Source of the DNA: Octopus sinensis
Lineage: Eukaryota
DNA: 64,000 nucleotides
Assembly (NCBI RefSeq): GCF_006345805.1
Contig: NC_043003.1
Coordinates: forward strand, 68,510,001-68,574,000
Reading direction: 5' to 3'
How positions within the stretch are numbered: position 1 is the first letter of the stretch; the number at the start of each line of letters is the position of its first letter. The notes under the pieces are model-generated. The model saw only the letters and a program-made list of their open reading frames with translations, did no database searches and had not been told where the DNA came from. Below, one piece after another: positions 12,350 through 25,392 of the stretch. A program made the position numbers and the translations under genes.

Positions 12350-12491
12350 ATTTACGCTATTTACAATTGACGGATATTTGTCCTCATCTTGTTTGTTGTT
12401 AACACATTTCGGCTGATATAACCTCCAGCCTTCATCAGGCGTTTTGGGGTAATTTCGAACCTGGGTTCTCATTCCTATGGTATTTTTCGAC

Positions 12492-12492
<1 letters not shown>
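12350..12492 (-). mobile_element. Penelope-like pLTR fragment (same family as 8148-8345)
   Basis: Shares GACGGATATTTGTCCTCATCTTGTTTG and CTGATATA.CCTCCAGCC.TCATCAGG; carries an HHR remnant. Confidence 0.65.
12401..12443 (-). ncRNA. Type I hammerhead ribozyme remnant (helix III deleted)
   Basis: AACGC-CUGAUGA-A-GGCUG[GAGGUUAUAU]CAGCC-GAAA-U-GUGUU; lacks the CGU present in the 8248-8260 copy. Confidence 0.55.
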
Positions 12493-12551
<59 letters not shown>

Positions 12552-12563
12552 GTTGTTATTATT
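12493..12563. repeat. (ATT)n microsatellite
   Basis: Read directly from the sequence. Confidence 0.95.
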
Positions 12564-12791
12564 GAGTGACACTGGAGTAAAATATACGAAGCTCAGTATA
12601 CCCATCATGACTACCCGTCTGATATGGGTACACCAGGCACATGCATCACATCTATATGTGCGCGACATGGTGATCTCATATCAAGATAAACAGTACATGA
12701 CCTCGCAGGTGGGGCCTAGTTAGAATTTTCTTCTTGCCGAGTAGCGCATCCCGCTCAAAAGGTCCCTGAATAAGGATTGTTTAAGGATGTT

Positions 12792-12792
<1 letters not shown>
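12564..12792 (-). mobile_element. Probable interspersed repeat of unknown class ending in (AAT)n
   Basis: GC-richer segment between microsatellites; no second copy in the window, so the call rests on recall only. Confidence 0.3.
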
Positions 12793-12841
<49 letters not shown>

Positions 12842-12886
12842 GACAGAGAGAGAGAGACAGAGAGACAGACAAACAGACAGATAGAC

Positions 12887-12923
<37 letters not shown>

Positions 12924-13002
12924 CATACATACATACATACATACATACATACATACATACATACATACATACAGAGAGAGAGACAGACAGACAGACAGAG
13001 AG

Positions 13003-13041
<39 letters not shown>

Positions 13042-13045
13042 TAAG
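12793..13045. repeat. Compound (GATA)/(GACA)/(CATA)/(GA) microsatellite
   Basis: Read directly from the sequence. Confidence 0.95.
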
Positions 13046-13221
13046 TACACAGACATATATTTCTTTATTAGCCTCGTAAAAAACAAATCCGATAAAAAGG
13101 GATCGTGCATCACAGAACAGTAAAAATGTAAACAACAAATTAGGTTTATCCGTGGAAAGAAAAGCCTACGAAAAAGACCACGGCAACCTTAGGCAGAGAG
13201 GGAAAATAGATGAAATCAAAG

Positions 13222-13280
<59 letters not shown>

Positions 13281-14150
13281 TGTCCTCTGGATTAACAAGA
13301 TCATGCTCAAAGTGGTTTCGTCATTCTCGCGTAACATCTTTGTTACATTCACCCACCTTTGTTGCATCTTTCATGAGACAAAACTTGCCTCTCTATTCTC
13401 ACATTCCTTTCAAATGATACTTGAAAAAGTTGATGAGCGATGGCCAGAGAGGAAATTGTTTGTCTCTAAACCTTTTACTCGCATCTACCACAAACGTTCT
13501 TTCACCATGTCAACCAGTGCAATGAAAACTGCCTTGCCCTCCCGGTTAAAGGAAGATGGCTGAGCAATTTTCCTGATAGACTCTGCTGTCAACCGTATTC
13601 GTCTCACACTTGACAGCAGACCTTCGGCATAAGGTCACACGTCCGAAATGGTTGGACACAGCACGAGTGGGTGCAGAGCGGTTTCGTCGCTCTGGCTGCA
13701 TCTCGGGCAAGTCGGTCCGGTATATCTAAACTATGCATGTCGAGCTTATCCCAAACGGGCAATGCTTCTCGATAGCACTGCCAAATCAGGGATCACTGGT
13801 GCCTTTCCATAGGTCCCGGCCTGAAAGTTGTACTGAACAGGCGGGTCAGGTGTTCCTTGTCGACGTCCAGACTCTCTCCGAGAACATCTTCGTACCAACC
13901 CTCCACTAATCCTCTATAGACACCTTCGTGGAATTGAAGTCACACAAGTTTGGTCCCAGTCGGCAGAGTTGCTTGAGAGCAAGGCGGCACTCGCGGTGCC
14001 GTTCGTCTAGGCTCGGTCTTTGTTTGATCCATGACAGCAGTTCGGTCAAAGAGACGAGCTGCAGGAAAGCGCGCCTTACAAACGGCGACCACACCTGTTC
14101 ACCGTCGTCTACGTAGAGCCGGATGTGTCTCAGTCAAAATGTTCAAGTCT
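13281..14150 (-). mobile_element. L1/Tx1-clade LINE 3' fragment
   Basis: Minus translation WQCYREALPVWDKL..PTCPRCSQSDETALHPLVLCP gives a zf-RVT/CCHC knuckle; a (GA)n tract lies at the 3' end. Confidence 0.8.
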
Positions 14151-14949
14151 GCATGTAGTAGAGTGGAGCTCATTTGACAAGCGTCTGTGCGAGAGATAGC
14201 TAGGTAGGCAGGCTGGCAGGCAAACAGACCCACAGACAGATAGATAGATACGAAGTCATATATATTATATAACATATGGTAAAGATACACATACTCACAC
14301 AAACACTTACAGAAGCTCAGAACCATACAATTGCCAATTTGACTTTCAGTCATACTTATTAATGATTCATATAGTTGCATATAAAAATGTTATGTTTAGT
14401 TTGAAACAAAATGTCCGAAATTATTGTTGCACATCGTATATGGCGTCTTAGGAAACAAATGATCGTTCGTGTACTTAGTTGGAATTTCAAATAAAATGGA
14501 TATGGCAGCATTATAGTTCTTCTAAAGTTAATTGAATAATAATCATATCTGAAAGGGAAATGATAATAAAACGTTTAAAGTAGAAAACGGTAATGCATTG
14601 ACTTGTTCAAAGAAAAAGTGGCCATAAGATTTTTACGTTTTATAAATAACGATTACAATTTGTTTTATCCCTCCTTTCTAGTGCCCTTCAGTTTCCGATT
14701 TGTTTCTCTTTTGTTCTTATGAAGGACTCAATGTCTGAACGATGCATGTTTTTATTTTATTTTGTTTTTTATTTTCCGCTTTCGTTTTCTTTTCAAACGT
14801 AACAGTAACAATATATATGCGAAAACTTGTCACACTTGCAGTTTTCTTGACTTTCTTTACTAATCATATATGTATGTGCGTGGAGTGGTGCATGCATACA
14901 AACATATATATATATATATATATATATTTATATGCATGTATGCAATATA

Positions 14950-16572
14950 GAGTTGTGGCCAAAATGTTCAGATCGGCATTGTTTTCGTCAGAAAAGTAGG
15001 TATAAGTTTTTATCAAAGTAGTTTTATATTCTATAATTTTCACAGACAATAAATACAATACTAATTGTTATTGTCTGATATTTTGGTGGAGAGGATAATA
15101 CAAAAGTTATGGATGATTTAGTGATTTTCTGCAAAACCCATGCCGGCCAAAATGATCAGAACGGTTGAAAAAATAACAAAATAATCAAAAATGACAGAGA
15201 ATACTGGAATTATTTAAAATTTAGTGTGAAGCCGTTTAGCTTCAATTACACTCTGACATCTTCGACTGCATGAGGAAATTAAATTTTCAATTACTTGCTG
15301 GGTGATCTTATTCCATTCTTCCTGAAGGGCATTCCATAATTGCTCAGTTGTTTTAGGATTTCTGGCTTTCGAACGTTCTCCTAGAATATTCCACACATTT
15401 TCAATAGGATTGAGATCTGGGCTTTGAGCAGGCCAATCCATAACAATAACCCTTTTCAGCCTTGAGGAAGTTCATGACCACCTTAGCCTTGTGACATGGG
15501 GCATTTTCCTGCATGAATATGGGTGGTCGCTTAGTTGAATTTCTCAGCACAGGCAAGACATGATCTTTTACAAGTTGTTTATAAACTCCTGCATTTACCT
15601 TTTCATGTAATCGCACCAAAGGGCCCACACCATCTCCAGATATCATCCCCCAAACCATGACACTTCCTCCACCGAATTTAACACTAGTCTTAAGGCATTT
15701 AGGTGACAATTTTTCACCTACTTTTCGATGACCGTACCTTTTCCCATCTGAGCCAAATAGCATAAACTTAGATTCATCACTGAAATGCACCGTTTGCCAT
15801 TTTTCTTGAGACCACAACACATGTTCGGTTGCAAAGGTAAGACGACACTTTTTATTCTTGGAGCTGATCAGTGGCTTCATTGCAGGTGCTCTTGCTTGTA
15901 GGTCATGTTCAACTAAACGACGGTACACAGTTTTTCGAGATAAAGTTTTCTTCAATACAATGCTCATTTTCCGAGAAACAGCAGCAGCAGTTTTAAATCT
16001 GTCCTTTTTAACCAACTTTACCATAGCACGATCTTGTCTCTTGGTCGTTTTTCTTGGCCTACCTGTAAACTTTCTTGCTTCACACGAACCACAATCATCG
16101 TAGACCTTAAGAATACCGTGTACAACACTTTTTGACTTGTTAACAATCTTTGCAATAGATCCAATACTTAAATTATCCTTCCTTCGAAGCTTAATAATCT
16201 GCTGACGAATTGGTTACGGAGTAAGTGGCATTATATTAACAAAGTACACTGCAAATATTCTTACTAATGTTTAGTTAACGAACAGTCACGTAAACAAATT
16301 CAAAACATTAGAGTTCACCGGTTAAATATACTAAAACACGGAGTAAAAGCAACCGTTCTGATCATTTTGGCCGCCATGGGTTTTGCGGTAAATCACTAAA
16401 TCATCCATAACTTTTGTATTATCCTCTCAAATTACACCAAAATCTCAGGCAATAACAAATAATATTGTATTTATTGTCTGTGAAAATTATAGAATATAAA
16501 ATAACTTTTATAAAAAATTACATGTACTTTTCTGACGAAAACAATGTCGTTCTGAACATTTTGGCACAACTG
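14950..16572 (-). mobile_element. Full-length Tc1-family transposon, IR/DR type (1623 bp)
   Basis: TIRs of about 220 bp (14950-15167 and 16350-16572), each with outer and inner GGCCAAAATG.TCAGA direct repeats; TA on both flanks. Confidence 0.95.
15214..16231 (-). pseudogene. Tc1 DD34E transposase pseudogene
   Basis: ATG at 16231 with TAA at codon 6. Motifs GRPRKTT, FSDESKF, FMQENAPCH (D to E at the second catalytic Asp) and WPAQSPDLNPIEN. One frameshift near 15455. Confidence 0.93.
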
Positions 16573-16744
16573 TATGTAGGTGTGTTTATATATGTGTACG
16601 TGTGTATATACGTATATATATATGTGTGTGTCTATCTGTCTGTATATGTATATATAATATAAATAATATATAAATAAATGCATATAGACATACAAACATG
16701 TACATACCTAAATATATATGTATATATACATGCATATATGGGTA

Positions 16745-17160
16745 CATGATATCAAGAAAATGTTGAACACAATCAGACGAAAACATTATAAAAGAAAGGG
16801 GAGAAACGAACATTTTTTCGGGCAACGAAAAAACAAACAGAGAAACGAGACATGCAACATAAAGAATATTCCCCTTCATCAGTTGTTCCTGTTTCAACTA
16901 CTCCGTGTTTTCGAAGGCAAGAACAGTACGCGATTTCTTTGAAACAGTCCTTCCCGCAAAGCAAATTAAATACAATTTAGCATTTTTTTGCGGAGCGTGA
17001 AAGTGGTAACAAGAACAGGACAGTGATAACAAAAGAGTAAAAACAAACGGTGAGGGCTGTTAAGCCAAAACGATAGAAAAATTATTATAAACGCTAGGAA
17101 GACGAGCTTATGACAGGAGACAGTATAAGCACGTGTTGTCTTTAGGAAGGTCATGGACAG
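16745..17160. mobile_element. Possible Penelope-like interspersed repeat fragment
   Basis: Bounded by AT microsatellites; has CTGATGA and CGAAA on minus but not in HHR order. The class call is weak. Confidence 0.25.
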
Positions 17161-17242
17161 AAAGATAGATTATCTTTCGTCACGTACATATGTATATATA
17201 TTTATATAAATAAATGTATATATATATATATATATATATATA

Positions 17243-17335
17243 TTACGATGGACTGGCGTCCCGTCCAGCTGGGGGGAATACATACGCCACAGAAACCGGG
17301 CCCATGAGCCTAGCTAGTCTTGAAAAGAGCGAAAA
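17243..17335 (+). mobile_element. SINE 3' tail fragment (V-like segment)
   Basis: GATGGACTGGCGTCCCGTCCAGCTGGGG...GAAACCGGG.CCCATGAGCC; near-identical at 26826 and, reversed, at 59840. Confidence 0.75.
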
Positions 17336-18299
17336 AAATATATATACATAGGTCAAAAGGTCCAATAGAATTAGAATGAACAAAGGAGTATTCCTGCCAG
17401 TGAGCAATAAATATCAATTAAATACACAACTAATAGTTTCATGCATTTATCATACTTTACCTGGGCATATGTATCTCCCAACAATCTTTCATGCGTTATG
17501 TCTATTTTAAAAACAAGGAGACCTTTTCCCTGATATTGCCTGCATACCTTTTACAGAATATTGGTCCTCATACAGAGCAATATATAAGTCCGCCTGCTTT
17601 AGAGTCTAATGTATTTCTGATAGTAACATTCCGGTTCTCTTCTCAATTACTTTATATGTTGCTGAATGTAGTGAAATGTGAGGATATACTATTAATACTG
17701 TTTATATAAAGTGTTCCCTAAATTGATCAGTCCTAGGTTTAATGAATATGTACAACGGTAATCGTTTCTGTAAACGCACCCCGGAGCTCATTCATAGTGC
17801 TAATTAAGTGATGAGCAGTCTACGGCTATTTGTGTGCAGCTAAACCGTCAGGACAATCCTTCCTGGCATTGCAAATAGTTTTGACAACAATATGTATATG
17901 TGCGTGTGTGTATGTGGCAACTTAAAGGATGTGTGTGTGTGTGTGTGTGTTTATGTATATATGAATACATATGTGTTAGAAACGAAATATTATTGCGTAA
18001 AATTTGCAGTCATCAAAATGTGGAGAAAGTTTGCTGCGATTTTTTTTAATGAAAAATGTTTTCAATTCCATAGGAACAAATTCTCATAAAAATCATTTTT
18101 ATGCCATTTATGTTCATATTAATTGTGAGTAATTTGCTGAGTAATCTTTAACCCGATAAATTATAATCATTCTCTGCAACATTTAATTGTACTTTTCTTT
18201 AATTTAACGATCCATTAATTTTAATGTGCAACACTTTCAACAGTATTCATGTAATATATGTTATGGTATAAAACACAAGCATACTAATATGTATACATA

Positions 18300-18610
18300 C
18301 ATTCGTAAACACACACAAACACACACACACACACATATATATATATACATATATATATATATACATACATACATGCATACATACATACATACATACATAT
18401 GTAGGTAGATAGATAGGTAGGTAGGTAGTTAGGTGGGCAGGTAGGTAGGTAGGTAGGTAGGTAGGTAGGTAGGTTGGTAGGTAGGCAGGCAGGTGGGTAG
18501 GTAGATAGGTAGGTAGGTAGGTAGATAGGTAGGTAGGTAGGTAGGTAGGTAGGTAGGTAGGTAGGTAGGTAGGTAGGTAGGCAGGCAGGTGGGTAGGTAG
18601 GTAGGTATGT
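18300..18610. repeat. Compound (CA)/(AT)/(CATA)/(TAGG)n microsatellite
   Basis: Read directly from the sequence. Confidence 0.95.
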
Positions 18611-18809
18611 GAGTAGAATAACAGGTGTGTAATATCTACTTAATAATCAGGAACTTAAGATTGTAGACAACGAAATTCATATTTCGCTCATAAATAGATA
18701 TCTAGAAATGGACACTGAAATATATTAAGACATTAACATACACAAATATAATTGTCTCCCCACCACCCTGCATACATACATACACGCATATGTACGTGTG
18801 TGTGTATAT

Positions 18810-20840
18810 GAATGATAGAGCTTCTGACTGACACCGCCTCTCTTAATAAGCGCTGGGTAAAACTCGTTTCTGCACTTTTGAATAGACCATCATCCACTGA
18901 CATGAGTATGATAGAAAAAGTCGAATACCTTCTAGCTATAGAGGAGATGGCATTTGAACTAATTCTAAATTACATTTATATACCTGTGAATAAGCTGAAT
19001 AACAATAAATTCCCAGGGTCTGATCGAATTAGTGCAGGGGTCTTGAAATATCGGGGTGACAAAATGTTTGAACTCTTAGATATATTAATTATCACTGTTG
19101 GAGAACTGAGAAAGTACCTCAAGACAAGAATGATGCCATTTTAGTTTCCTTGTATAAATCGGGTCCAAAGGATGTGTGTAATTTTCGTGGGATTTCGATT
19201 TTGTCTGTGGTTAGGAAGGCACTTGGCTACATTCCGTTAGAACGTTTAAATTCATTCATAATGGTGCCAAATATGGCGTCTGAGTCTCAATGTGGTTTTC
19301 GCTCCTCCAGGGGCCACAGTTGATTCTACTTTTACTATCAAACAAATTCATGAAAGGTGCATTGAACAGGATTTTGCTTTGTGGATTTGAGCAAAGCATT
19401 TGATACTGATAATACTCCGTGGCTAATTCTAAGGAAAATCGGTCACCCAGAAAAGTGTGTAAACATGATCAGGGCTTTGTATGAAGATATGAAGGCTAGA
19501 GTTAATTTTGGTGGAAGGCTCTCTGAATCTTTTGCCGTGGAAAATGGAGTAAAACAAGGAGACCTTGTCCACCCACCCACCTTGCAACGTACTTTTCTGT
19601 TGTGATTTCACACGATTTTGAAAACTCCGAGGAGGAAATTTGCATAAAATATCGAGCAACAGGGAATATTTTTAATCAGAACAGACTGAAATTCAAAACG
19701 AATGTTTTTACATCACTCATTAAAGATCTCTTATACTCTGACTATTGGGATCGAATCAGTCAATCTGAAACAGGTCTGCAATCTCTGTATGTGCTTTTGA
19801 CTCAGCTTGTGATGATTTTGGCTTGAGCATCACCTTAAAGGGGAAAAAAACAGTTGTAATGTATTAACCTGCATGTGGTGCTGTTTGCAAACACCTAAAA
19901 TTTTTGTTAAGGGTGAGTTACTTGAAGTTGTTGATTCTTTCATCTACCTTGGAAGTCTGTACAACATGATGGACATTTGGACACAGAAATACATCTACGA
20001 ACTCAAAGGGCAGCACAAGCATTTGATTATCTGGAGTCACGCGTTTCGTGCGAACAACATATAAATAACAGAAAATTGGCTCTTTACAAATCATTTGTCT
20101 TACCATCCCTGTTGTATTGTTTTGAAACATGAACATCTTACGAAAGACATTTCAAATTGTTAGAACAATTCCACCAAAAATGCCTTCATCGCATTTTATA
20201 TATTAAATGGAATCTTTTACTCCAAACACAGATATCCTTGCGTCTGAATGCATCACTTCAATTAAAGCGATGATTCTGAAACACCAAATGAGATGGTGTG
20301 TCTATATTGTTCGAATGATGGATGAACGCACACCCAAACAGTTGTTTTATGTTGAGCTTGCAGCGGGGAAACGCTATCGGTGTAAAGCTAAAAACAGCTT
20401 TAAGGACAGCATAAAGTCTACTATAAGATCACTTGGAATGGATCCAGAGAACATACAAATCGTTGCTTCGGATCAAACTGAAGTGCGAACAAAAGTGTGG
20501 AGTGGAGTGAAAGCGTTTGAAGAGGTCAGGATAACGCATGCCAGACTCAGGAGAGATTTAAAGAAGAATGTTATGACAGAGAAGGTGAATCACAATGACC
20601 TTCATGTGTGTACAGTTTGTGACAGACCATGTTTTTTTTTTGCTGGGGTCAAATCTCATCGGCGGACCCATGAAAGACGAATCTCCACCAACTGTTCTAC
20701 CTATATGCTTTTGCACACCTTTCAATGCCATGTATGCCATAAGGTCTGCAAATCTAACAGATGCCTCAAAAGACATTTTAAGATACACAAAGATCAGAAC
20801 CTAACTGCAGCTCATGGTGGTCCAAATCGGACCACCACAC
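18810..20840 (+). mobile_element. 5'-truncated RTE-clade LINE with two C-terminal C2H2 fingers
   Basis: RT motifs DLSKAFD and GVKQG, MRWCVYIVRMMDERTPKQLFYVEL, CTVCDRPC..VKSHRRTH and CHVCHKVC..LKRHFKIH; ends in (CA)n. Confidence 0.9.
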
Positions 20841-20874
20841 AGACACACACACACACACACGCGCATATATATAT

Positions 20875-20905
<31 letters not shown>

Positions 20906-21419
20906 AATCCAAAATACTGAAGAAGAACATAACGGGTGACATTAAACATATACGGACTGATGGGTGGTACAAGGATAGACAGGAAAACAAGGACAGAAGA
21001 TTGGTTGATTTCTATTCATCAGTAAAGATTCCAACTATCACTACAGTTTCGTCCTGTTACACTTGAAACTGTTCAAAATTGATAGGCCCCAAAAATCTCA
21101 GCTGAGGCCATTACATTTTTGGAAGTAAGCATTCGAATATGTGCGACACGGGGACAAAAAAAAAGAACGGAGAGAATGTTACACGATTAGAAATACGAAC
21201 AACAAGTCTAACAACAGGTGTTTTTTAACTAAAGGGACAGGTTGAGTTAACAAGGCGTCTGAAGCAGCGTTACAGATGTGCCAGAAAACATGAGATTGAG
21301 ACATGGATGATCTCGTGCAGTTCTCAGGAGCTCCGTGAGATCACTGCTGAGACGCTTCCGAAAAAGTGTGAAAAGCTGTTGGAAAACCGATTATAGCAGC
21401 GATTCCATCAATTCCTAGG

Positions 21420-21460
21420 GATATCTGAAGAAGGAATTATTTTTTCCGAAATATCATATC
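21420..21460 (+). ncRNA. Minimal type I hammerhead ribozyme motif
   Basis: GAUAU-CUGAAGA-A-GGAA[UUAUUUU]UUCC-GAAA-UA-UC-AUAUC; perfect 5-bp helix I and AUC cleavage triplet. Confidence 0.7.
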
Positions 21461-21473
21461 AAACTGTGGATGA

Positions 21474-21512
<39 letters not shown>

Positions 21513-21514
<2 letters not shown>

Positions 21515-21675
21515 GGCGCATGTGTGGCTATGTGGTAAGTAGCTTGCTTACCACTCACATGGTCCTGTTTCAGTCCCACTGCGTGGCACTTTGGGCAAGT
21601 GTCTCGTACTATAGGCTCGGGCCGACAAAAGCCTTGTGAGTAGATTTGGTGAACGGAAACTGAAAGAATCCCGTC

Positions 21676-21677
<2 letters not shown>
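21513..21677 (+). mobile_element. tRNA-derived SINE family C, 5' half ending in (AT)n
   Basis: GGCGCATGTGTGGCTATGTGGTAAG...TTTCAGTCCC..TTGGGCAAGTGTC; homologous to 25275 and 62407. Confidence 0.85.
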
Positions 21678-21763
<86 letters not shown>

Positions 21764-22367
21764 TATGTATATATATGTATATAAATTACTACAATTTCAG
21801 CAAACTGAATACTATAATTTCAGTAATGTATCTATCTGAATCTGTCATTTATGTCTAATTCGTACCAATTTCGCTTCTTCCGGCACAATTCTTTCTAGTT
21901 TCATGGAAACCTGTGAAGTTAGCGGCTGGAAGAACTCGCATAAAAACTAATGCGGTTGAGTAGTTGTTTCTCAAATGCATTTAATTCTAGATCAGCGATC
22001 AATCTTCCATATTTCAGTAATCAATTGTCGTTTCTTTTATTCAACCCTTCATTAATGCAGAACCCCAAAAGGATGAGATAATGCGTGGTGAAGAGTGCAA
22101 GAGCAGTGATAATATGTGTTAATATTTTTAGTGAATATTTTTATTTTTTCCAATATGTCAACCTCAAGAATTGCGTTGCTCTCTGCAAGGAATCCATTAG
22201 TGTTCAACAATTTTGAACCCAACTGAGCAAATGAAATTATCTCTACTTTATGTTATTGAATATTTCTCTTTTCGTTCATGGCTTCAACAAATGTGTGCTT
22301 GTATGAATATATATATATATGTATGTATGCATATATATATGAGCATATACATATATGCATATATATA

Positions 22368-22415
<48 letters not shown>

Positions 22416-23120
22416 TGTGTGTGTGTGTGTATGTGTGTGTGTATGGATATATATAATGTATGTATGTATATATTTGTTTATTCATTTATATATATATATA
22501 TATATATGTGTGTGTCCGTGTATGTATATATATATATCTACACACACACAAACATACAAACACACACATGCACACACACACACATACACACACACATATA
22601 TATATATATATGTATGTGTATATAAAGACATTCGAAAATGGATGCACGTATATATGTATGTGGTTATGTGCGTGTATGTGTATGCACTGGGGCATTATAC
22701 CATGTGTATGTATAATTGTATGCGCATTTCTGAATCGTAGACACCGAATAGATTCCTTGTCAATTGAAATTCCTCATTTACGCCTCCCACCCCACCCCCG
22801 TATTCTATCAATAAATATCTAAATTTCATCGTTGAGGGTTTATGTTGCGTTTTAAATTTCGAGATAATGCTTTGAAAGATTTTCATTTACTACGCATTAA
22901 ATTTTGGCACTTATCGTGTAAATTATTTTCCCTAGTGATTGAGTATTCTTTGACAAAATTTCCCGGCGTGTTACGTTTTATTAGTATATTCTAAAATATA
23001 TGAGTGTCTTGGGAATAATATGTCCTGTCAACTTAACGAAGCTATTGGCAAGCAGGAATATTCTCTTGCGAAGGAATCTTTATAAAAGTGCATACATAGA
23101 TACGTACAAAAGTGCATACA

Positions 23121-23154
<34 letters not shown>

Positions 23155-24624
23155 CATATATAAACAACAAATATGTACGAACGTATGCAGATACATATAT
23201 ACTGATACATGAACATATATATAATATTGTGTCTGCGGAGATTCATATTGTCTTAATGCCTTATCATCTATCACACTCACCGGTTCGATTTCCACTCATT
23301 TATTATATATGTATTATTTTTTCTTCCAGAATTTTCGCTACTTTTGCAATCTTGTCAATGTCGACCAGAATAAGGGCCAGGGAAAACTAGCATTGGACAA
23401 CTCATTTTCAGCTGAGCAAACTGGAACAATGCACTGTGCGTTCTAAGAATCAGATCTCTGATTTTATGAACGTACACACAACACCCAAAGTATTATATAT
23501 TTATAGAAGCATGTGTGTGTATATATGTATATATAGATATAGATATCTATATATTAATATATGTATATATATTATTATATATTTAGGATTTTACCAATAG
23601 GACCACAACTTCAATTTCAGGACACCCTTATTTTCTGGAGTACACATAGAAAGTTTTATCCAAAATACTAATCTAATAATATAATCATTTTAAAGCTGAT
23701 ATTGTTTGCTTTGCATTAGTAAAGTGAAAAATAGTAAATATCCTGATGACCTGGAATAATTATTATGCTATTCAACGTGGTTATTATTCATAAATTCATT
23801 TGCAAATTTTTTACTCTCCTGCATGACAAAATGAAACTCATGGCTTGTGATTTTCAACGAGTTTTAGCATCCAGTCGTTTAGCTGTTTCAAGACATTTGG
23901 CCAGTCTAGTTGTGGTGGTTTTGTATGAGATTTGAAATTCAATCAAACCTCAATCTCCTTGGACTCAGGGAACGTAATGACCATTCGTGTCTGCTTCTGG
24001 GTGGTGTGTTTTATTACAGCTCAGCAACGTAGGAATTTTCCTGTCAATTTTCTTTACTTCACTGATATTCGATGTCTACATATTGAAGCTGTAAATAAAG
24101 ACTGGGAATACTTATTATTATTATTATATGCAAATGCCCGTCCTCTCCATAATAATTTAAAGTTTCACATTAGGGGATATGCCTGCTATTTCGGGTAGTG
24201 CGCGTAGCTGAGAAGTTTCTTCCTTGCTTGATAATAGAGAGAAAAATTGTATTCCCCAGAAAGCAATGTAACGGTTACATGAGAAAAAAATATCACCGCA
24301 TTTAGAGAAGGCATTAATCTCGTTATTTATTGGAAAGCGCTGGATTTATCCCATCAGAAAATATAAGTTCGGTGCTTTCATTCTGAGCATAGTGGCTTCA
24401 ATCGAAGTATGTTTTTTTTTTATATATGTAACGCTACATAACAAATGCAGTGAAATATTCAAATGTTCCGCATTTATACTTGGACGAAATATAAATTTTG
24501 AAAATAAATGATCGACCCCATAGCAGTTCAACAGATACAGACATAAAGTGTATGCATATATGCATATACATATATATGTATGAAAATGTACATTTCTGCG
24601 TGTACGTGTGTGTGTCTGTGTGTG

Positions 24625-24672
<48 letters not shown>

Positions 24673-24769
24673 CGTTCTGTTTTATGTAAATTCATCCTTT
24701 GAAGGAGGATTTGGTTTCTAATAAAGATGCAAAGCTGCATTGTTGAAGTATAGAAAAGGAAAGCGATGT

Positions 24770-24940
24770 CACATTTTAAACATGCAAAAGTCTTCCATAG
24801 TTTCGCTGTTCCGGTTAAAGATTGTATTTGTAATGTGCGAGTCATTTGGTTGATTTCTTTTCCTGAAAATCTCAGCTCATCCAGACTGCCAGTTAGGAAT
24901 TTACATACAAATCCAAGCACACAAATTAGTATTGGTATAT
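24770..24940 (-). mobile_element. C-terminal RLE fragment of a non-LTR element (CRE/NeSL/R4-like)
   Basis: ILICVLGFVCKFLTGSLDELRFSGKEINQMTRTLQIQSLTGTAKLWKTF resembles the terminal G.LG....L..L...LQ segment of RLE ORFs. Confidence 0.5.
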
Positions 24941-25274
24941 GTATGTATGCATGCATGTATGTATGTATGTATGTATGTATGTATGTATGTATGTATGTAT
25001 GTATGTATGTATGTATGTATGTATGTATGAATGAATGTATGTATGCATGTAATTATTTATTAGTATGTATGTATGTATTTAAAATGAAAAAGTAATGATA
25101 TAGATTTTTACATTGGTTTGTCTCTGGTTTGCAAGATCTTTATGCGAACTCGTGTGCTGACACAAATTTTGTTGTGGTCCTAAGGAGTGTCATCATGCCA
25201 ATATAATTAACACACACACTGGTTCAATTCACTTAATTTATTAAATATCGGATTTTAAGTTTTTTGTCGTGTGA

Positions 25275-25392
25275 GGCTCAGGTGTGCCTATGTGGTAAGA
25301 AGTTTGCTTCCCAACACCATGGTCCTGGATTAAATCCCACAGCTTCGTACTTTGGGCAAGTGTGTTCTACTAAAGCATAGGGCTGACCAAAG
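25275..25392 (+). mobile_element. SINE family C, 5' fragment
   Basis: Similar to 21513-21630. Confidence 0.7.

Noticed and set aside
16860-16920. CUGAUGA and CGAAA on minus in the 16745-17160 repeat
   Set aside because: The order fits only a type II topology, and helices I and III do not pair.
21030-21075. GGACGAAAC...CUGAUGA on minus
   Set aside because: No complementary helix II strand and no UH site.
23595-25182. 12-bp inverted repeat TAGGACCACAAC / GTTGTGGTCCTA 1.6 kb apart
   Set aside because: Too short, with no transposase remnant and no TSD beyond TA; possibly old TIRs but unsupported.
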